Below, piece after piece: positions 39,451 to 52,796 of a stretch of DNA of 64,000 nt (position 1 is the stretch's first letter; the number at the start of each line of letters is the position of its first letter). This DNA comes from the human T2T-CHM13v2.0 reference genome, Homo sapiens, in the NCBI RefSeq assembly GCF_009914755.1, contig NC_060938.1; one strand, written 5' to 3'. Position numbers and translations under genes: made by a program. A model generated the notes under the pieces. The model saw only the letters and a program-made list of their open reading frames with translations. It did not search any database and was not told the DNA's origin.

Positions 39451-39489
39451 ATTACTATTTCTCGTGACATTACATCACTGTCAAATAAA
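39425..39489 (+). terminator. Distal polyadenylation signals ATTAAA (39425-39430) and AATAAA (39484-39489)
   Basis: Hexamers at the end of a U-rich, repeat-free UTR, with T-rich sequence downstream. Confidence 0.65.
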
Positions 39490-39974
39490 GTTAACTTCCA
39501 GGGGAATTTAACCTGACTTGTAGAATTAATGGATTTTTGTCATGATCATTTCAGCCATATTGCTGCTCTTGTGACAGTCTTCATTCACTTTTAACAACAT
39601 AATAAGGATTGTGTATAAGCCTTCAAGCCTTCCTTGAAGCCTTAAACTAATATATCTATCATAAGAAAATGTATATATTTATGACAAATTTTGTTCTCAT
39701 CACATTGATATTCAAAGAGTTTTAGTATTATTGAGAGAAACAGATTTTTCATTTCCAGAAAAAAAATGCACATTTATATAGGCTTTTATTTCAGGGGATA
39801 AGTGTTCCATACTTTGTCAAATCTAAGATGCCACGAATTGTGAGATGTGTTATAGAAAATCACAACTGGTTATAATTGTAAGTTACATTCCATTGGGCAA
39901 GGAATACACCTCACACAGCATACAAACATTAAATCAAAATGGGTCAAAGAGCTACAACTATAGAACTCTTAGAA

Positions 39975-40016
39975 GAAAACATAATGTAAACCTTTGAAAA
40001 CATAATGTAAACCTTT
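39975..40016. repeat. Perfect 21-bp tandem duplication inside the L1
   Basis: GAAAACATAATGTAAACCTTT x2. Confidence 0.95.
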
Positions 40017-40083
40017 GTAACCTTAGATTTGTCAGTGATTTTTGACATACGAAACGTAAAAACACAAGCAACAAAAGAAAAAA

Positions 40084-40380
<297 letters not shown>

Positions 40381-41715
40381 TATAACATTGGGTTTCATCA
40401 AAATTAAAGTTTTGTGCATGGAAGGACGCTGTCAAGAGAGTAAAAAGACAACTCACAAAATAGAAAATATTTAGGGATTATATATTTGATAAGGAACTTG
40501 GGTCCAAAATATGTAACAGGCTCTTACAACTCATCAAAATGCAACCTCTTTAAAAGACGATCAAAAGTTTATAACTTTTCAGAACATTTTCCAAAGAATG
40601 TATTAAATGGCCAGTAAGCACATAAAAACATGGCTCGACAATTAGCCATCAGGGAAGTGCAAATTAAAACCACACAATACCACGTTATACCCACTAGGAT
40701 GGCTAAAGTCAAAAAGACAATAATGAATGTTGGCATGGATGTTGAAATACACTCATAAATTGTTGGTGGGATTGTAAAATGATGCAGCTGCTTTGGAAAA
40801 AATAGTTTGGCATTCCTCAAGAGGTAAAATGTATGTACAGTTACCATGTACTCCAGCAATTCCATTGCTAGGTATATACACAGAATTGAAAACATGTTCA
40901 CACAAAAATAGGTACATGAACGTTCATAGCAGCATTATTGGTAATAGCCGAAAAGTGGAAATAAATGTCCATCAGCTGAAGAATGGACAGACAAAACATG
41001 GTATATCCATACAATGAAATATTATTTGACAATAAAAATGAAGTACGATATTGATACATACAACATAGATGAATCTTGAAAACATGTTAAGTTGAAAAAG
41101 CCAACATATTATATGTAACATATTGTATGTAAGAAATAGGCAAATCCACAGAGACACAGAGTAGATTCATGGTTGCCAGGAGTTAAGGAAAGTGGAATAA
41201 GGAGTGATTACCAGTAGACATGAGGCTTATCTGGGGGAAGAGGAAAATGTTCTAAACAGTGGTGATGGTTATACAACTATGTGAATATGTGAATGGACCA
41301 AAACCCACTGAATTATACACTTAAAAGGGTGAGTTTTATAGTGTGTGAATTAACATCTCAATAAAAATTAAAAGAAAACATGCATCCTAAATTCAGAGAT
41401 GTTAGATTATGAAGAGTTTGTGTCTTAGAAACCACCATGCTATGATCTTTACTTAGTCCTTCAGGTAAAAATATTCAGGATTATCCAGTTTCTTGCTGCC
41501 TTGAGATGTTTTCCACAATGTGACAACATAGCTCAATTTCCTTACACTTTTACTTGTCATTAAATAAAGTGAACATCATATAACCAAACACCACCTGTTT
41601 AAAAAAAAGAGAACATACACATAAGTCTTCCAAAAAAAAAAAAAAAAAAAACCACCAGACAACTCATATTCTAAAGGATCTACCTAAGATTTTTTTTTTC
41701 TTTTTTTTGAGACAG

Positions 41716-41991
41716 TGCATTACTCATGTGTTTGTGGTGATGCTAGTATGCTAGTGTACACAAGCCCACTGCACTGTGATATAAAAGTATAGCACATGCA
41801 ATTAGTACAGTACATATTTGATAATAACTATGTTATTGTACTTTTTATAGTTATTTTAGAATATACTCCTACTGTATAACAGGTTAGCTGTAAAAACAGG
41901 AGTTCTTCAGCTCCATCAGGATCTTATGGGCTCACCGTCATATATGCAGTCCATTATTGACTGAGGCATTGTTATGTGGTGCATGACTCTG
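41716..41991. mobile_element. Tigger3 (Golem) fragments
   Basis: GCATTACTCATGTGTTTGTGGTGATGCT... and terminal GTTATGTGGTGCATGACT TIR. Confidence 0.75.
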
Positions 41992-42294
41992 TCTTTCTGA
42001 ACTTAAAATAAGAATTTTAAATTGGATGTCGGTAGCAGGAATGTGTCTGAGGCTTGCAAAATGGGGCCATGCTTCTTATGGCTGCGGAGCTGTAAGCCTG
42101 AACAAACTGTTTTCAAGCTGTTGTGCCGCCCAGAACACCCACTGCTAATTATGGGATGTGCATTGGAGTGCCCAAATGGACCATTCTTAAGCATCACTTC
42201 CTTCTTTTGTCTTCTAAACAGGTTCTAGTTGAAGAATACCAAGGTTATTCTTGTTAGCTAAAAGAAGTATAATGAGTTCTTTCTTGCCTAATTT

Positions 42295-42472
42295 CAGGTT
42301 TGAACTTAAGCTTACATCAGAATTTCCTGAGGTTTGCTTAAAATGCAGACTCCTTAGCTGCGTCTACAGAGGCTGATGTTGTAATTTTCTAGGTTTCTCT
42401 CCATGAATTTTCACCTTGGACAGACAACCTAGATGATGTTACAGGTGATCCATGTTCTATACTTTGATAAAT
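42295..42472. mobile_element. MER5-like hAT MITE
   Basis: ACATCAGAATTTCCTGAGG...TAAAATGCAGACTCC...CAGGTGATCCATG...ACTTTGATAAA. Confidence 0.5.
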
Positions 42473-45400
42473 TCTTCTTCGGCTAAATGATTGTATTGAC
42501 TGTATGCCTCTGCTGTGCAAGTTACTAAATTCCCATTGTGCTCATTGGTTTTGGCACATCCAATGTGGTTTCCTGGGAACTTGAGGCATGTGGCCCCACA
42601 TGGAGATGGGAATGGATGGCCTAGCCAAACAAGGGCCCTTCCTGCCCCGTCAGTCTAGCTGCGATTTTCTCTTAGGTGAATGGATCTGACTCTCTTAACT
42701 CCTTTGCCTCTTTTCTAAACTTGCATTCCCCATCCTTTGCCATTGGTTTTTAGTTCGTGCCTTTAACCATTTCCACTCTACAGGAGAACAACCTCCAGAA
42801 ATTTTCAAACTGGTTTGAAAGAGTTCAGTGTTAAGGATGAGGTTTTTTTGTACATAGTGCGGGAAGCTTGCTGAATTCTCAAAATTTTCATTAACCTGAT
42901 AGAAACTTGCTGTGGGTAAGCAAACTGGGTGTCATCAGGGCATATTTCACAGGCTTTGGGTTCCTATCATCTAGTGATGTATTCGTAATAAAACTGGGAA
43001 AGGAACTTTTTTTAATTTCAGAGTTTGATTTCTGTATACATTCTGGAAATGTTCTGCTGTTTGGATTCATTGAGTTCAAGTATTTCCTTATCTATAAAAT
43101 AGAGGTGATGATAGTGTTTCTACCCCTTAGAGATGTAGTCAAATCAACATAATACAGGCACTATGGTTATATAGTAAGTGCTCGCTAAATGATAGTTGCT
43201 TATATTATTCCCTTGCGGTAACATTACCCAAAGCGTTTTCTTTAAATTTTGAGTCCCAGAAATTCTCTGCAAAAAAAGTCATATAATCTTATAACTCTGA
43301 AAAATAATCTACTGTATCCCAAATTCATTTGACTGCAGACTTTCTTTTTTCTCCCCATATAAGGTATTTTGAATTCTTCGTGAATGCTAAAATTGATAGA
43401 ATTTAGCTATTGTGGAACTATTGCCATACATTCTCAAAATTTATTTTAAATGAAAACAGATAAGCATGAACCCAATGTTATTGCTATTCATGTGGTTCTA
43501 AACCCTAATCTTCACAGAAAAATACTGTTACTCCTTATGCAAAACTCTGTATCACAGCCTCTATGACTTAAAACAGTTTAATATGGTATTACTGATGACC
43601 ATGGAATAACTTTATTTTATGAAAAGAAAGACATAGCAAATATACTTGTGACTACATATTTGAAAACGCACTATAAGACTATTGACAATTAATGCACCAC
43701 CCTTTCAGTTGGTAGATGTTTCTCAATTTTAAATATATTTATTTTTATGATATTGAAGCCCTATTCTGTTATTAGAATTAGTTTATTTATTTGGAATAAT
43801 TCACTTCTTGGATTGGATGGATGCCAAGCTGGATTATTACCCCAGGCTGCTGATGGAAAGCATCCAAAAGTTTTACCAGTTCTTTTGTTAGTTTCTTGTA
43901 TAGGGTAAGAATAAAAACTCATTTAAATTGCCATAATTTATGCAATGAAACCCAATAAACTAGCCAAATTTCAAGTTCCTGCCTTCCATCAACATTTCCA
44001 TTAGATGAAAACTCCTTCTTTATCTAAACCAATTGATGGTAGTTAGATCTTTTAATGGATTTGATTCTCTACTTAACATTCATGAGTCTTTAGGATGAAA
44101 ACTGCTTCAGAAAATGAAGATTTCAATGACTAGTTTAGTCTGAATCATCATGGCTGAAATTAGAAAACACAAAGCCAGTGTGATCAATGGGAAGATCATT
44201 GACATAAGTGTCAGTTTCTGTTAATGGTGTGGCCTCTAATTAATTTTGTGATCTTTTGCAAGTTACTTAATCCCTGTCTGTTTTTTACTCTGAGAGATAA
44301 TAAAATTGGACCAAATCAATGGTTTGCAAATTGTTATATATGTGCACAACACTTTTGAAAAAAAAATCAAATAAAATCTCATGGATTCCTAACATGCAAG
44401 TAGAGAAAAGCAATATTGCAGCAATATTTAAGCTTCATAAGCTTAAATGGGTAAAATTGTGTAATGAGAAAAAAAATAATGTCTAGTGTTAGAGGAAATA
44501 GTTATAATCTTATATCAGTCTCATCTGTTTTTGTGTGTGTGTGTGTTTGTTGGAGAAAATGATTCATAGCTCACCTGCAATCTTAATACTCTTTAGTCCG
44601 AGCAAGAAGCTTGAAAGAGAAGTAATAGAAAATGTTTTTAAAGTTGAATTATTTGCAATACCTAACAAGTATATCCGTTCTCGTTAATACTCATGTCAGG
44701 CAAAAATTACCTAATAGACTAAGTGCAAAAATATCTATAGTATGATATCTTGGCACAGCATTTAAGTGGATAGACCTGAGCTGCATTCTTATTACAGGTC
44801 TGAATGTTTAGAAAGAAAAGAAAAAATGAGGTTTATGGAGAACTAATGTTGGTAGAGTCTTGTGTACAGCATATTCATTGAGTGCTAGCTCTATTCTCCA
44901 GGAGCCTGTTGTCTAAAAGTGGCCTGCTGTACCACCTATTACACATGCAATTTGTAATGCATTAATTTGGAGCTTCTGATAATTCAAACAGGATTAGCTA
45001 CCTATCAAACCCCCCTTTTTCATCCTAAATTGGTAGAAGATAGCAAAGGAAAATTTAAAATATTTCAAAAAGACTTTTGAATATGGTATAAATATAATTT
45101 ATGTTAAATATATTTAAAAGCAATTAAATATTTGACTATGTATTACTATATATGTACATGTAATGGTGATGTATGTATTTTCCATTCTTTACTATAAAAT
45201 GTTAATATGTTAAGGCAGTTTAACTTAATTAATAGTTAAACTATCATATATTTAAATACTCTGGAATACTTACCCTTTGCAAATGGAAGCTGCTCCTTGT
45301 CCTTAATAACACTTTCTCTATAAGCTCTCTTATATGACCTCTACTTTGCTTTCTTACGGGATTGACCACGCCTCTATGAAACATACTAATGAATGCCCAT

Positions 45401-45479
45401 GGCATGCCCATGCTCCCACCTAGTAATTTGCTACCTTCTCCTAACCCGCATACTTCTGCTTCTGCCAGTTGAGTTGTAT

Positions 45480-46372
45480 GCTTACCAGGATTCAGTTATA
45501 GTTGTTTCCAAACTTATTATATCAGTCATACTGTTAATATTAGGTAATTAAATGTCACATAATCTCATAAATATGAGTATCAAAGAGTTGTTTTGCCTTT
45601 GAAAATTAAGCTGAATACTTTGAGAGGACTTTAAGCAAATTGCTTTTAAAAAAAGGTTTCAAGTATGGGAAAGAAAACTGGAAAATATTGGAAAGTGTAT
45701 GGGCTTTGTGAAGTTTTTGCTCAGATTGTCCCTACTGCCTTTTGGTTCTCACTCCACTTTAAAAAAGCTTAAATTGGAAATGATTCATTGTGAATGCTGT
45801 TCATTCAAGAAAGATCATCAAGAAGGATCACTTGACTCTTGTAAACGGACCTATACTCAAAAGGCTTTGGCACACTGTCAAGATATTAGTATACAAATGT
45901 GCATTTGTGTTTAAGTTAAAATGAGGTATGAAGGGTAAAATGCAAAATAAGTATATATTTTCTATAAGTTCCCTGCTATAAATTACTTTCAATGAACTGA
46001 AAACTACCTTTCTTTCCTTTTTTAAAAAAATTTTTTTGGTTTTGTTTTTTGAGACATGGGCTCCCTCTGTTACCCAGGCTACAGTACAGTGGCGTGATCC
46101 TAGCTCACTGCAGCCTCAAACTCCTGAGCTTACATGATCCTCCCACCTCAGCCTCCTGAGTACTTTGGTCTATGAGTGTACACCACCATACCCAGCTAAC
46201 TTTTTTTTTTTTTAGAGATGGGGTCTCACTATGTTGCCCAGGCTGGTCTTGAACTGCTGGTCCCAAGGGATCCTCACCTTAGCCTCCCAGAGTGCTGGGA
46301 TTACAGGTGTGAGCCACTGTCCCTGGCCTGAATAACTACCTTTCTAACTACATCAGATAAGAGACTTTCTGC
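45480..46372 (+). mobile_element. Old Tigger-like fragment (degenerate transposase start near 45572) interrupted by an Alu
   Basis: ATGAGTATCAAAGAGTTGTTTTGCCTTTGAAAATTAAGCTGAATACTTTG resembles the pogo/Tigger psq-HTH start. TIR-like CAGATAAGAGACTTTCTGCTA. Confidence 0.45.
46015..46328 (-). mobile_element. AluJ with TSD
   Basis: Antisense dimer. Flanks TGAAAACTACCTTTCT and TGAATAACTACCTTTCT. Confidence 0.92.
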
Positions 46373-47059
46373 TATAGTTCACATTGGGCTTTTGTGCACC
46401 CAACTGCAGATCACAACTGTATTGTGACTGTTTTCCCAAAGTAAGTTTGACATTCAGTTTGCTTTTATTTATTTCCTTCATTAATTCTATAAAAAATATT
46501 TATTAAGCCCCCATTGTACTCCAGGCACTGCACCAGCCACTGGAGGAGACTTGTGTGACTGAGGTAGATATAGTCTGTGGCCCTAGTAAATTTGCAGCTT
46601 GGGAAGAATACAGATAAGTAAAATGAAGCACCATGCTACAAGAGAACACAGAAGGAATACTGACTTGTATTTGTAGGATGCGAGGCGGCTTCTTTGTTCT
46701 TTTTTTGTTGTTCTTTTTGTTTTTGTGGGGTTTTCACAGTTAAAAAAAAATCTTCCTCACTCCTTGGTATGAAACCGAATGAGAATTATCTTTGACAAAT
46801 GATTGGCTTGCAGCTTATCCCTTAATGAGCAGCTCCTGTATGAAAGCCAGTGTTATACACACAGACACAGACTCACACACCTTGGCACTGTTTCCCAGAC
46901 TGCCTGTGGCAACCGTGCTTCCAGGAAGCCCAAGTTCTATGAATTAGATATGCACTTAATATCAAATTAAATATTAGAAAACTGTCATCACAGCCATTAC
47001 CAGGCATGCTGCTGGGACCCCCAAAAGTTTTGATTGAACGCTGCGCATTATCCATTAAA

Positions 47060-47732
47060 AGGAAAAGTATGGAGGCTCCAGATGTTATTCTTCACCAAAG
47101 GGGAGTACACCTTCTTTTGTTAGGCAAGCTGAGAAGGGGATAATCAACTTTCACTGAGCTGAGTGAAATCTAGGCTCCTAAGGCCTCAGCCAAGACCCTG
47201 GTTTATTCACCAGGGCCCTTCCCCTTGTGAGTCCTGAACCGTAATTCTTGTTCCCTAAGCATGGTGACCCTGCCAAAAACTTCACTTTCTTTTCAGTCTT
47301 TCCACTTAGCCTTTTGCCCTGTTAATCTTTTAGCCTTTTGCTCTCTTAACCTCTTGAAGAGAAAACCAGGGTCAGTTTTCTGCCTCTCACCAGGATCTTG
47401 GCCTCGTATATTTTCAACTTTGTCTTTTGAACCCTCCAAGGCTGTCTAGAGCTCTGCTGATTTCTCTGCTCCAGTGGCGGATTCTTACTCTACATCTAAA
47501 CTCTGCAAATGTCCCCGAATAAAAGAAGTTGCAGATCAACAGATCAACAACTCACCCCTCTGTGATTCTACCCTCTTCAAACTGTGGCCTTGATAGTCAC
47601 CTATGCATCAGCAGTTCTCTTATGTCTTTTAACAGAGTTTTAAATTTAATTTTATTTTATGTGGCCTTTCTAGTTATTTTTGGTGAGAGCATCAGTCTGC
47701 TGCCCGACAGCCTATTCAGAGGCAGAAGTCCT
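47060..47732 (-). mobile_element. Probable old L1M 5' region
   Basis: TTTCTAGTTATTTTTGGTGAGAGCATCAGTCTG...GAGGCAGAAGTCC end resembles L1ME-class 5' termini. Confidence 0.45.
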
Positions 47733-49603
47733 AAGCCTGTATTTGAAACCACAGGGCAGGAGCTGTGTTCAAGCATGTAGCTTTTCATAAGTCTAAAGGA
47801 CTTTATCCAGTTTCCATCTGGGGGCTCTAAAAAGGTCTTCTCTGCTCAGAAAGTTAATGTTCCTCAAGATTTGACAAATGCGTGTCAAAATTCATCTTGT
47901 TCCTCCTTTTAACATCAAATGGTGAGATTTTCTTACAAATACATTAAAGCATAGCATTTAGTGATTCCATGTGTTAAGCCATTATTTGTTAAATCAGCTT
48001 TATTTTAGTACGGCTTATAGACTCACTTGGAGTTGACCAGGATTGATTTTGGCAGGGAGGTACATCCTCTCCCTGCTTTCTGAAGGTGCCATTGTGTGTG
48101 GAAATGGAGAGATGGTCTCGGCTTTGGGGCTTTGGCGGTGCAGGCACCTGGAAAGATGCTCAGTTTCACTCTGAGAAGCTTCGGTCAGTGCTGGTCACCT
48201 GTGCATAAAGAGCCAGTGGACTCAACTGTGGGGAATATCAAGGTCCCAAATATCTGACTGTCCAGAAGCATCTTACTGTCCTTAGTGAATACGCAGGAAT
48301 CAGTCTTTCTCTGAGGCCGTGGCAGGGCACAGATCAATCAGGGAGAATAGTTGGTCCCAGACCAGAGCCCACCTAGAACTGAGGATGTGTAAAGGGTGTC
48401 TGACTGGCTTACTCCTTGGCTTAAAGCCACTTTAATCTAGGACGTTGCGGAAGCCAGAGTGTATGTCGATTCCATTAAGGAAAGAAGAGAAATGCTTATG
48501 GAAACAGTACCACCTCCATATCCATTGGCCTCCCCTTCCCGACCTCCACCCTGCTGTACCCATCAGTCATCTGAAAGGAAGATCCCACAGAGTTGACAGA
48601 CTCCTTTAGAGAGAAGATCGTCATATGCTCTCCGTAGGTTACCTGTCTATTTAGAAGCAAACCTCTCGTCACCCGCTGCGGAGCATCTCGATGTTAGAAA
48701 CCACGCCACTATTTTTAGTGTGTGTCCTTGTGCTTCTGCACGATGAGTCAGGGTTCTCTTTTAAAAAATACTTGGCATTCCTCAGAAGAAAGATAAACAC
48801 ATTTAATGTTCTCAGTTGCTACTATTCTAATCGCAAAGTCAAGAGTTCCTTCTTTTCTTAGCTGCCTTCAGTGCCACAGAACTATCTGGGCCTCTTCCTC
48901 TACCCCTCCTTGTGTGATCGCTCCTTTCAAAAGCAACAGCCAAAGCAGATGCAAGGGAGATGCATTGGTGCTCATAAATTCAAGGAGCTGAAATGGCAAC
49001 AGCTGTGGCAATTTCAGGATTTCAGCAGGTAATCAAGTAAGTGCAAAAGCGGGATTTGACAATTCTACAGGGGACTGGGACAGAGGGCAGCGAGAACTTG
49101 AGCTTCAAGGAGAATCTTCACTAGCTATCAACAAGAAATGTAAATGCTGTGACTTTACCCAGTTAAGCACAGCAGATTTTCCTGCTTTCAACTCTAATCC
49201 TTGAGCAGCAGGAGTACCCTTTCCCATCTCACAACATTTGACTTTCTCAGATATATTTATTCTATGTTATATACTGCAGTTCACCTATGTATTTTGGGGT
49301 TAATTTATCACTGGTTGAATAACATCGTTCAATAGACTTATGAAAAGATGGGCATTTTCAGTTGTGCCAATTTAGGTGAGGCTTATGGACAGTGTTTCTT
49401 CCAAAATGTTCCCAAGTCTAAAGGACCATGATTCTCAAATTCTCTGTAAAGTATAACTAGGTCTCTTTCTCACCTTGGAAGAACAGCAGCTAGAGGCCAG
49501 CATTCAAGGCATGGAACGGAGAAGGTATATGGTGCCTTGTTCTCTTTTGTTATTAGATGTAATTATGAAATATAAAACTAGGACAAAAGCAAGTTGTAAG
49601 TGT

Positions 49604-49843
49604 TAGCATAGTGGCTACGAGCACAGACTCAAGCCAGTCTGCCTAGGTTCAAATCCCAGCTCTGCCACTTGCGGGCTTTGTGACCTAGGACAAGTTTCTT
49701 TACTGTTTTACTGTCCCAGTTTCTGCATCTGTATAACATTGCTAGTAATACCCACTGCAAATGATTTTATGAGAATTAATTTACTCACTGTTTGGGAAGT
49801 ACTTAGAATAATGCCTAGCAATAGTAAGCACTCAGTAAATGTC
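49604..49843 (+). mobile_element. Near full-length MIR
   Basis: TAGCATAGTGGCTACGAGCACAGACTC...GGTTCAAATCCCAGCTCTGCCACTT...AGTAAGCACTCAGTAAATG. Confidence 0.88.
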
Positions 49844-49962
49844 TTTTATATAGAGCATGTATCTATCTCTTCAATAACAAGCACCTGTGCAACAGTCAGA
49901 ACACCACAAAATAGCACTATAAAGACAGTAAAAAATATCCCTTTGTTTTTTTTTAACATGTC

Positions 49963-50948
49963 TTTGTATTAATTAGAGCTCTGCCAGCTGCAAATTCAGA
50001 AATCCAATTTCTGAACTAGCCTAAGGGGACACAAAAGGAACTTATTGCCTCTTGGGATTGGGAAGTTCAGTGTGCCTCTGATTTCAGGAACAGCTGAATC
50101 CAAGAGCTCAGACTCTGTCCCCATCACTGCTGCTGTCTCTCTCCCTTTGTCTCTTGACTATGCTCACATAATTATACCTGCAGTCTTTCACATGACAGGA
50201 AAGGTGACCACCACCAGCCCCTTGCTTATACCCAACTAATACCTATATATTAGTTGGTCTTACACTGCTATAAAGACATACCTGAGACTGGGTAATTTAT
50301 AAAGAAAAGAGGTTTAATTAGCTCACGGTTCTGCAAGCTATACGGCTTCTGCTTATGGGGAGGCCTCAGGAAACTTATAATCATGGCAGGAGGGGAAGGG
50401 AAAGTAGGCATGGTCTTCACATGGCCAGAGCAGGAGGAAGGTGGAGGGGAAGTTGCTACCCACTTTCAAACAACCAGATCTCAGGAGAACTCTGTCATGA
50501 GATAGCACTAGGGGGATGGTACTAAACCATCAGAAACCACCCCCATGATCCAATCATCTCCCACCAGGCCCCACCTCCAACATCAGGGATTACAATTCAA
50601 CATGAGATTTGAGTGGGGACACAGAGCCAAACCATATCACCCTCCTAGCCTAGCATCTCCTGCAGAAATGGTCTCCCCTGATGGGAAGAGCTGTGACTGG
50701 CTCAGCCTAGAAGCAGTCACTATGGATGGAGGGATATTGTTACCTAGCTGGACCAGGTGCCTACCTCTGTACAGCTTGGGGTGGGGGGTGGGGAGGTTGG
50801 AGTGAGGCAAGGTTGGCAACAGCAGTTCCAATCAAACCACACCACAGCTATGGAATTGGGTACCCATGGGAATGAGTGGTCCTGGTATTAGAGGAAAGTG
50901 GCACTAGGGGATGATGTTGTGCAGTCCAAAGCAATAGATGCCCATCTG
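49963..50948 (-). mobile_element. Old MLT1-type LTR split by the MST insertion
   Basis: TGTATTAATTAGAGCTCTGCCAGCTGCAAATTCAGAAATCC start and GCAGTCCAAAGCAATAGATGCCCA end. Confidence 0.55.
50246..50639 (-). mobile_element. MSTA-type MaLR solo LTR
   Basis: TATTAGTTGG...GCTATAAAGACATACCTGAGACTGGGTAATTTATAAAG...CAGAGCCAAACCATATCA. Confidence 0.88.
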
Positions 50949-51201
50949 AAGCTAGCTGGGAAAAGGCTTGAGTTCATCAGCAGGAGTGTACATTTCATAA
51001 GACATTTCATTTTTGAATGTCTCATTTCATATTTATCCCATTTCGTGGACAAATATCCATTATAAACATATAAACATCAAATTATGTCTGATTTTCTTAA
51101 GTCAATGAATAGTAACTGATTATCTTTTGATCTACAATACTCTAAAAAGTAGTTATAATTATGTATAGAGATAGAGTCTTCATCCTTCTGTATAGAGATG
51201 G

Positions 51202-51567
51202 TGTATTAGTTCATTCTTATGCTGCTAATAAAGACACACCCGAGACTGAGTAATTTATAAAGAAAAAAGAGGTTTAATAGACTCACAGTTCCACATGGCT
51301 GGAGAGGCCTCACAATCATGGTGGAAGACAAAGGAGGAGCAAGGACACATCTTACATTGCAGCAGACAGGAGAGCGGGTGCAGGGGAACTCCCCTTTATA
51401 AAACCATCAAATCTCGTGAGATTTATTCACTATCACGAGAACAGCATGGGAAAGATCTGTCAATGTGATTCAATTACCTCCTACCAGGTCCCTCCCATGA
51501 CATGTGAGAATTATGGGAGCTACAATTCAAGATGAGATTTGGGTGGGGAGACAGCAAAGCCACATCA
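51202..51567 (-). mobile_element. THE1B/C solo LTR with perfect 5-bp TSD GATGG
   Basis: TG...CA termini, THE1 consensus motifs, GATGG at 51197-51201 and 51568-51572. Confidence 0.92.
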
Positions 51568-52796
51568 GATGGCAAATAAATATGTTTCATCTATTATGCC
51601 AACCTATGAAAATTGGGTGTGAATTTCCTAGAACACTCTGTTGAGAGTTTCTGAGGTTGCGTCCTTGCTCAGACAAAATGATACCTGCCATCGATATGGT
51701 TTGGGATGTGGTGGTACATATGCCAGGTAGTAACTCCCTGCATACTGCCAGTTTAAGAACGCTTACCCACAAACTGAGGACATATGTGGAGGGATTTTCT
51801 GTTAGAGTCACTGTCAGAGCTGAGCTGCCAAACAATGGCAGAACTCATTCAAATTGGCCAGTTAACTGCCCGATGTAGCAGGTTATGCTCCTAACTGAGC
51901 AGCCTCACAACACCACACGTGAGTGCTGGGAGGCTGACTCAGCTCTGTCTAGAAAGAAGAAAATGCTGATTTACCTCTTTCCAAGCTGCTTGGATCTGCC
52001 TCTTGCAAACAACAAGTAAATAAGGGCAGGAGGTAATTTAAGCTTTTCTTTTTCATTTAGCTTTCTTTTGTAGTTTAATACTTCAACTGAGGTCATATAT
52101 GTACTGTTTCATCAATTGCTAGGCGTAGTAAGTGTTCATCAATGGTAGCAATTTTCATGATTCTTTTCACAACTTTTTTCCTTATAAAGCATTTATTTTA
52201 TCACTAAATAAAAAGAATTATATAGCCAAACTTAGTTTAAAGATTTGCTTGGAAAATTTCAGAGATGATACCCCTGTATTAATCATGTTCTTTTTTTTCA
52301 TATTTTATGATGCTTTGACACTGTGGGGGCTGTGTGGACCTGGGGAGGGACTGCCCCTCCAGGGGTTAGCTAATTTTTAGAGATAGCAGACAACTTGCCT
52401 GTGAGCACACCTTTTGTATACAACCCCACCAATCCAAAGCCCATATCCTCAACCACCACCTTTATCTCACTCTAATACACCAAGCCAGTATTTCCACTGC
52501 CAAATCACCCAAGGCCGGGCATCAGACAATTAGAGACCACCCCTATGGCCAGAGCCTGCCCACATTATCCAAACTATCCAATTCTAAGCTTGCTCAAACC
52601 TGCCTTCCCTGCCTCACCCTTTCTCTCCCATGGAAACCACAGTAAGACTCTAGACCAGGCTTTTCCCTCATTCCTTCTGCTTCCTGACTGACCTGGGTAC
52701 TTCCCCGGAGGCCTGACATAATATGGCATGCCCCTTCTCTTGGAGCCTGTAAGTAATAAACTCTTCTTTCAAAGACAGTTGTCTCTATATCTGTGA

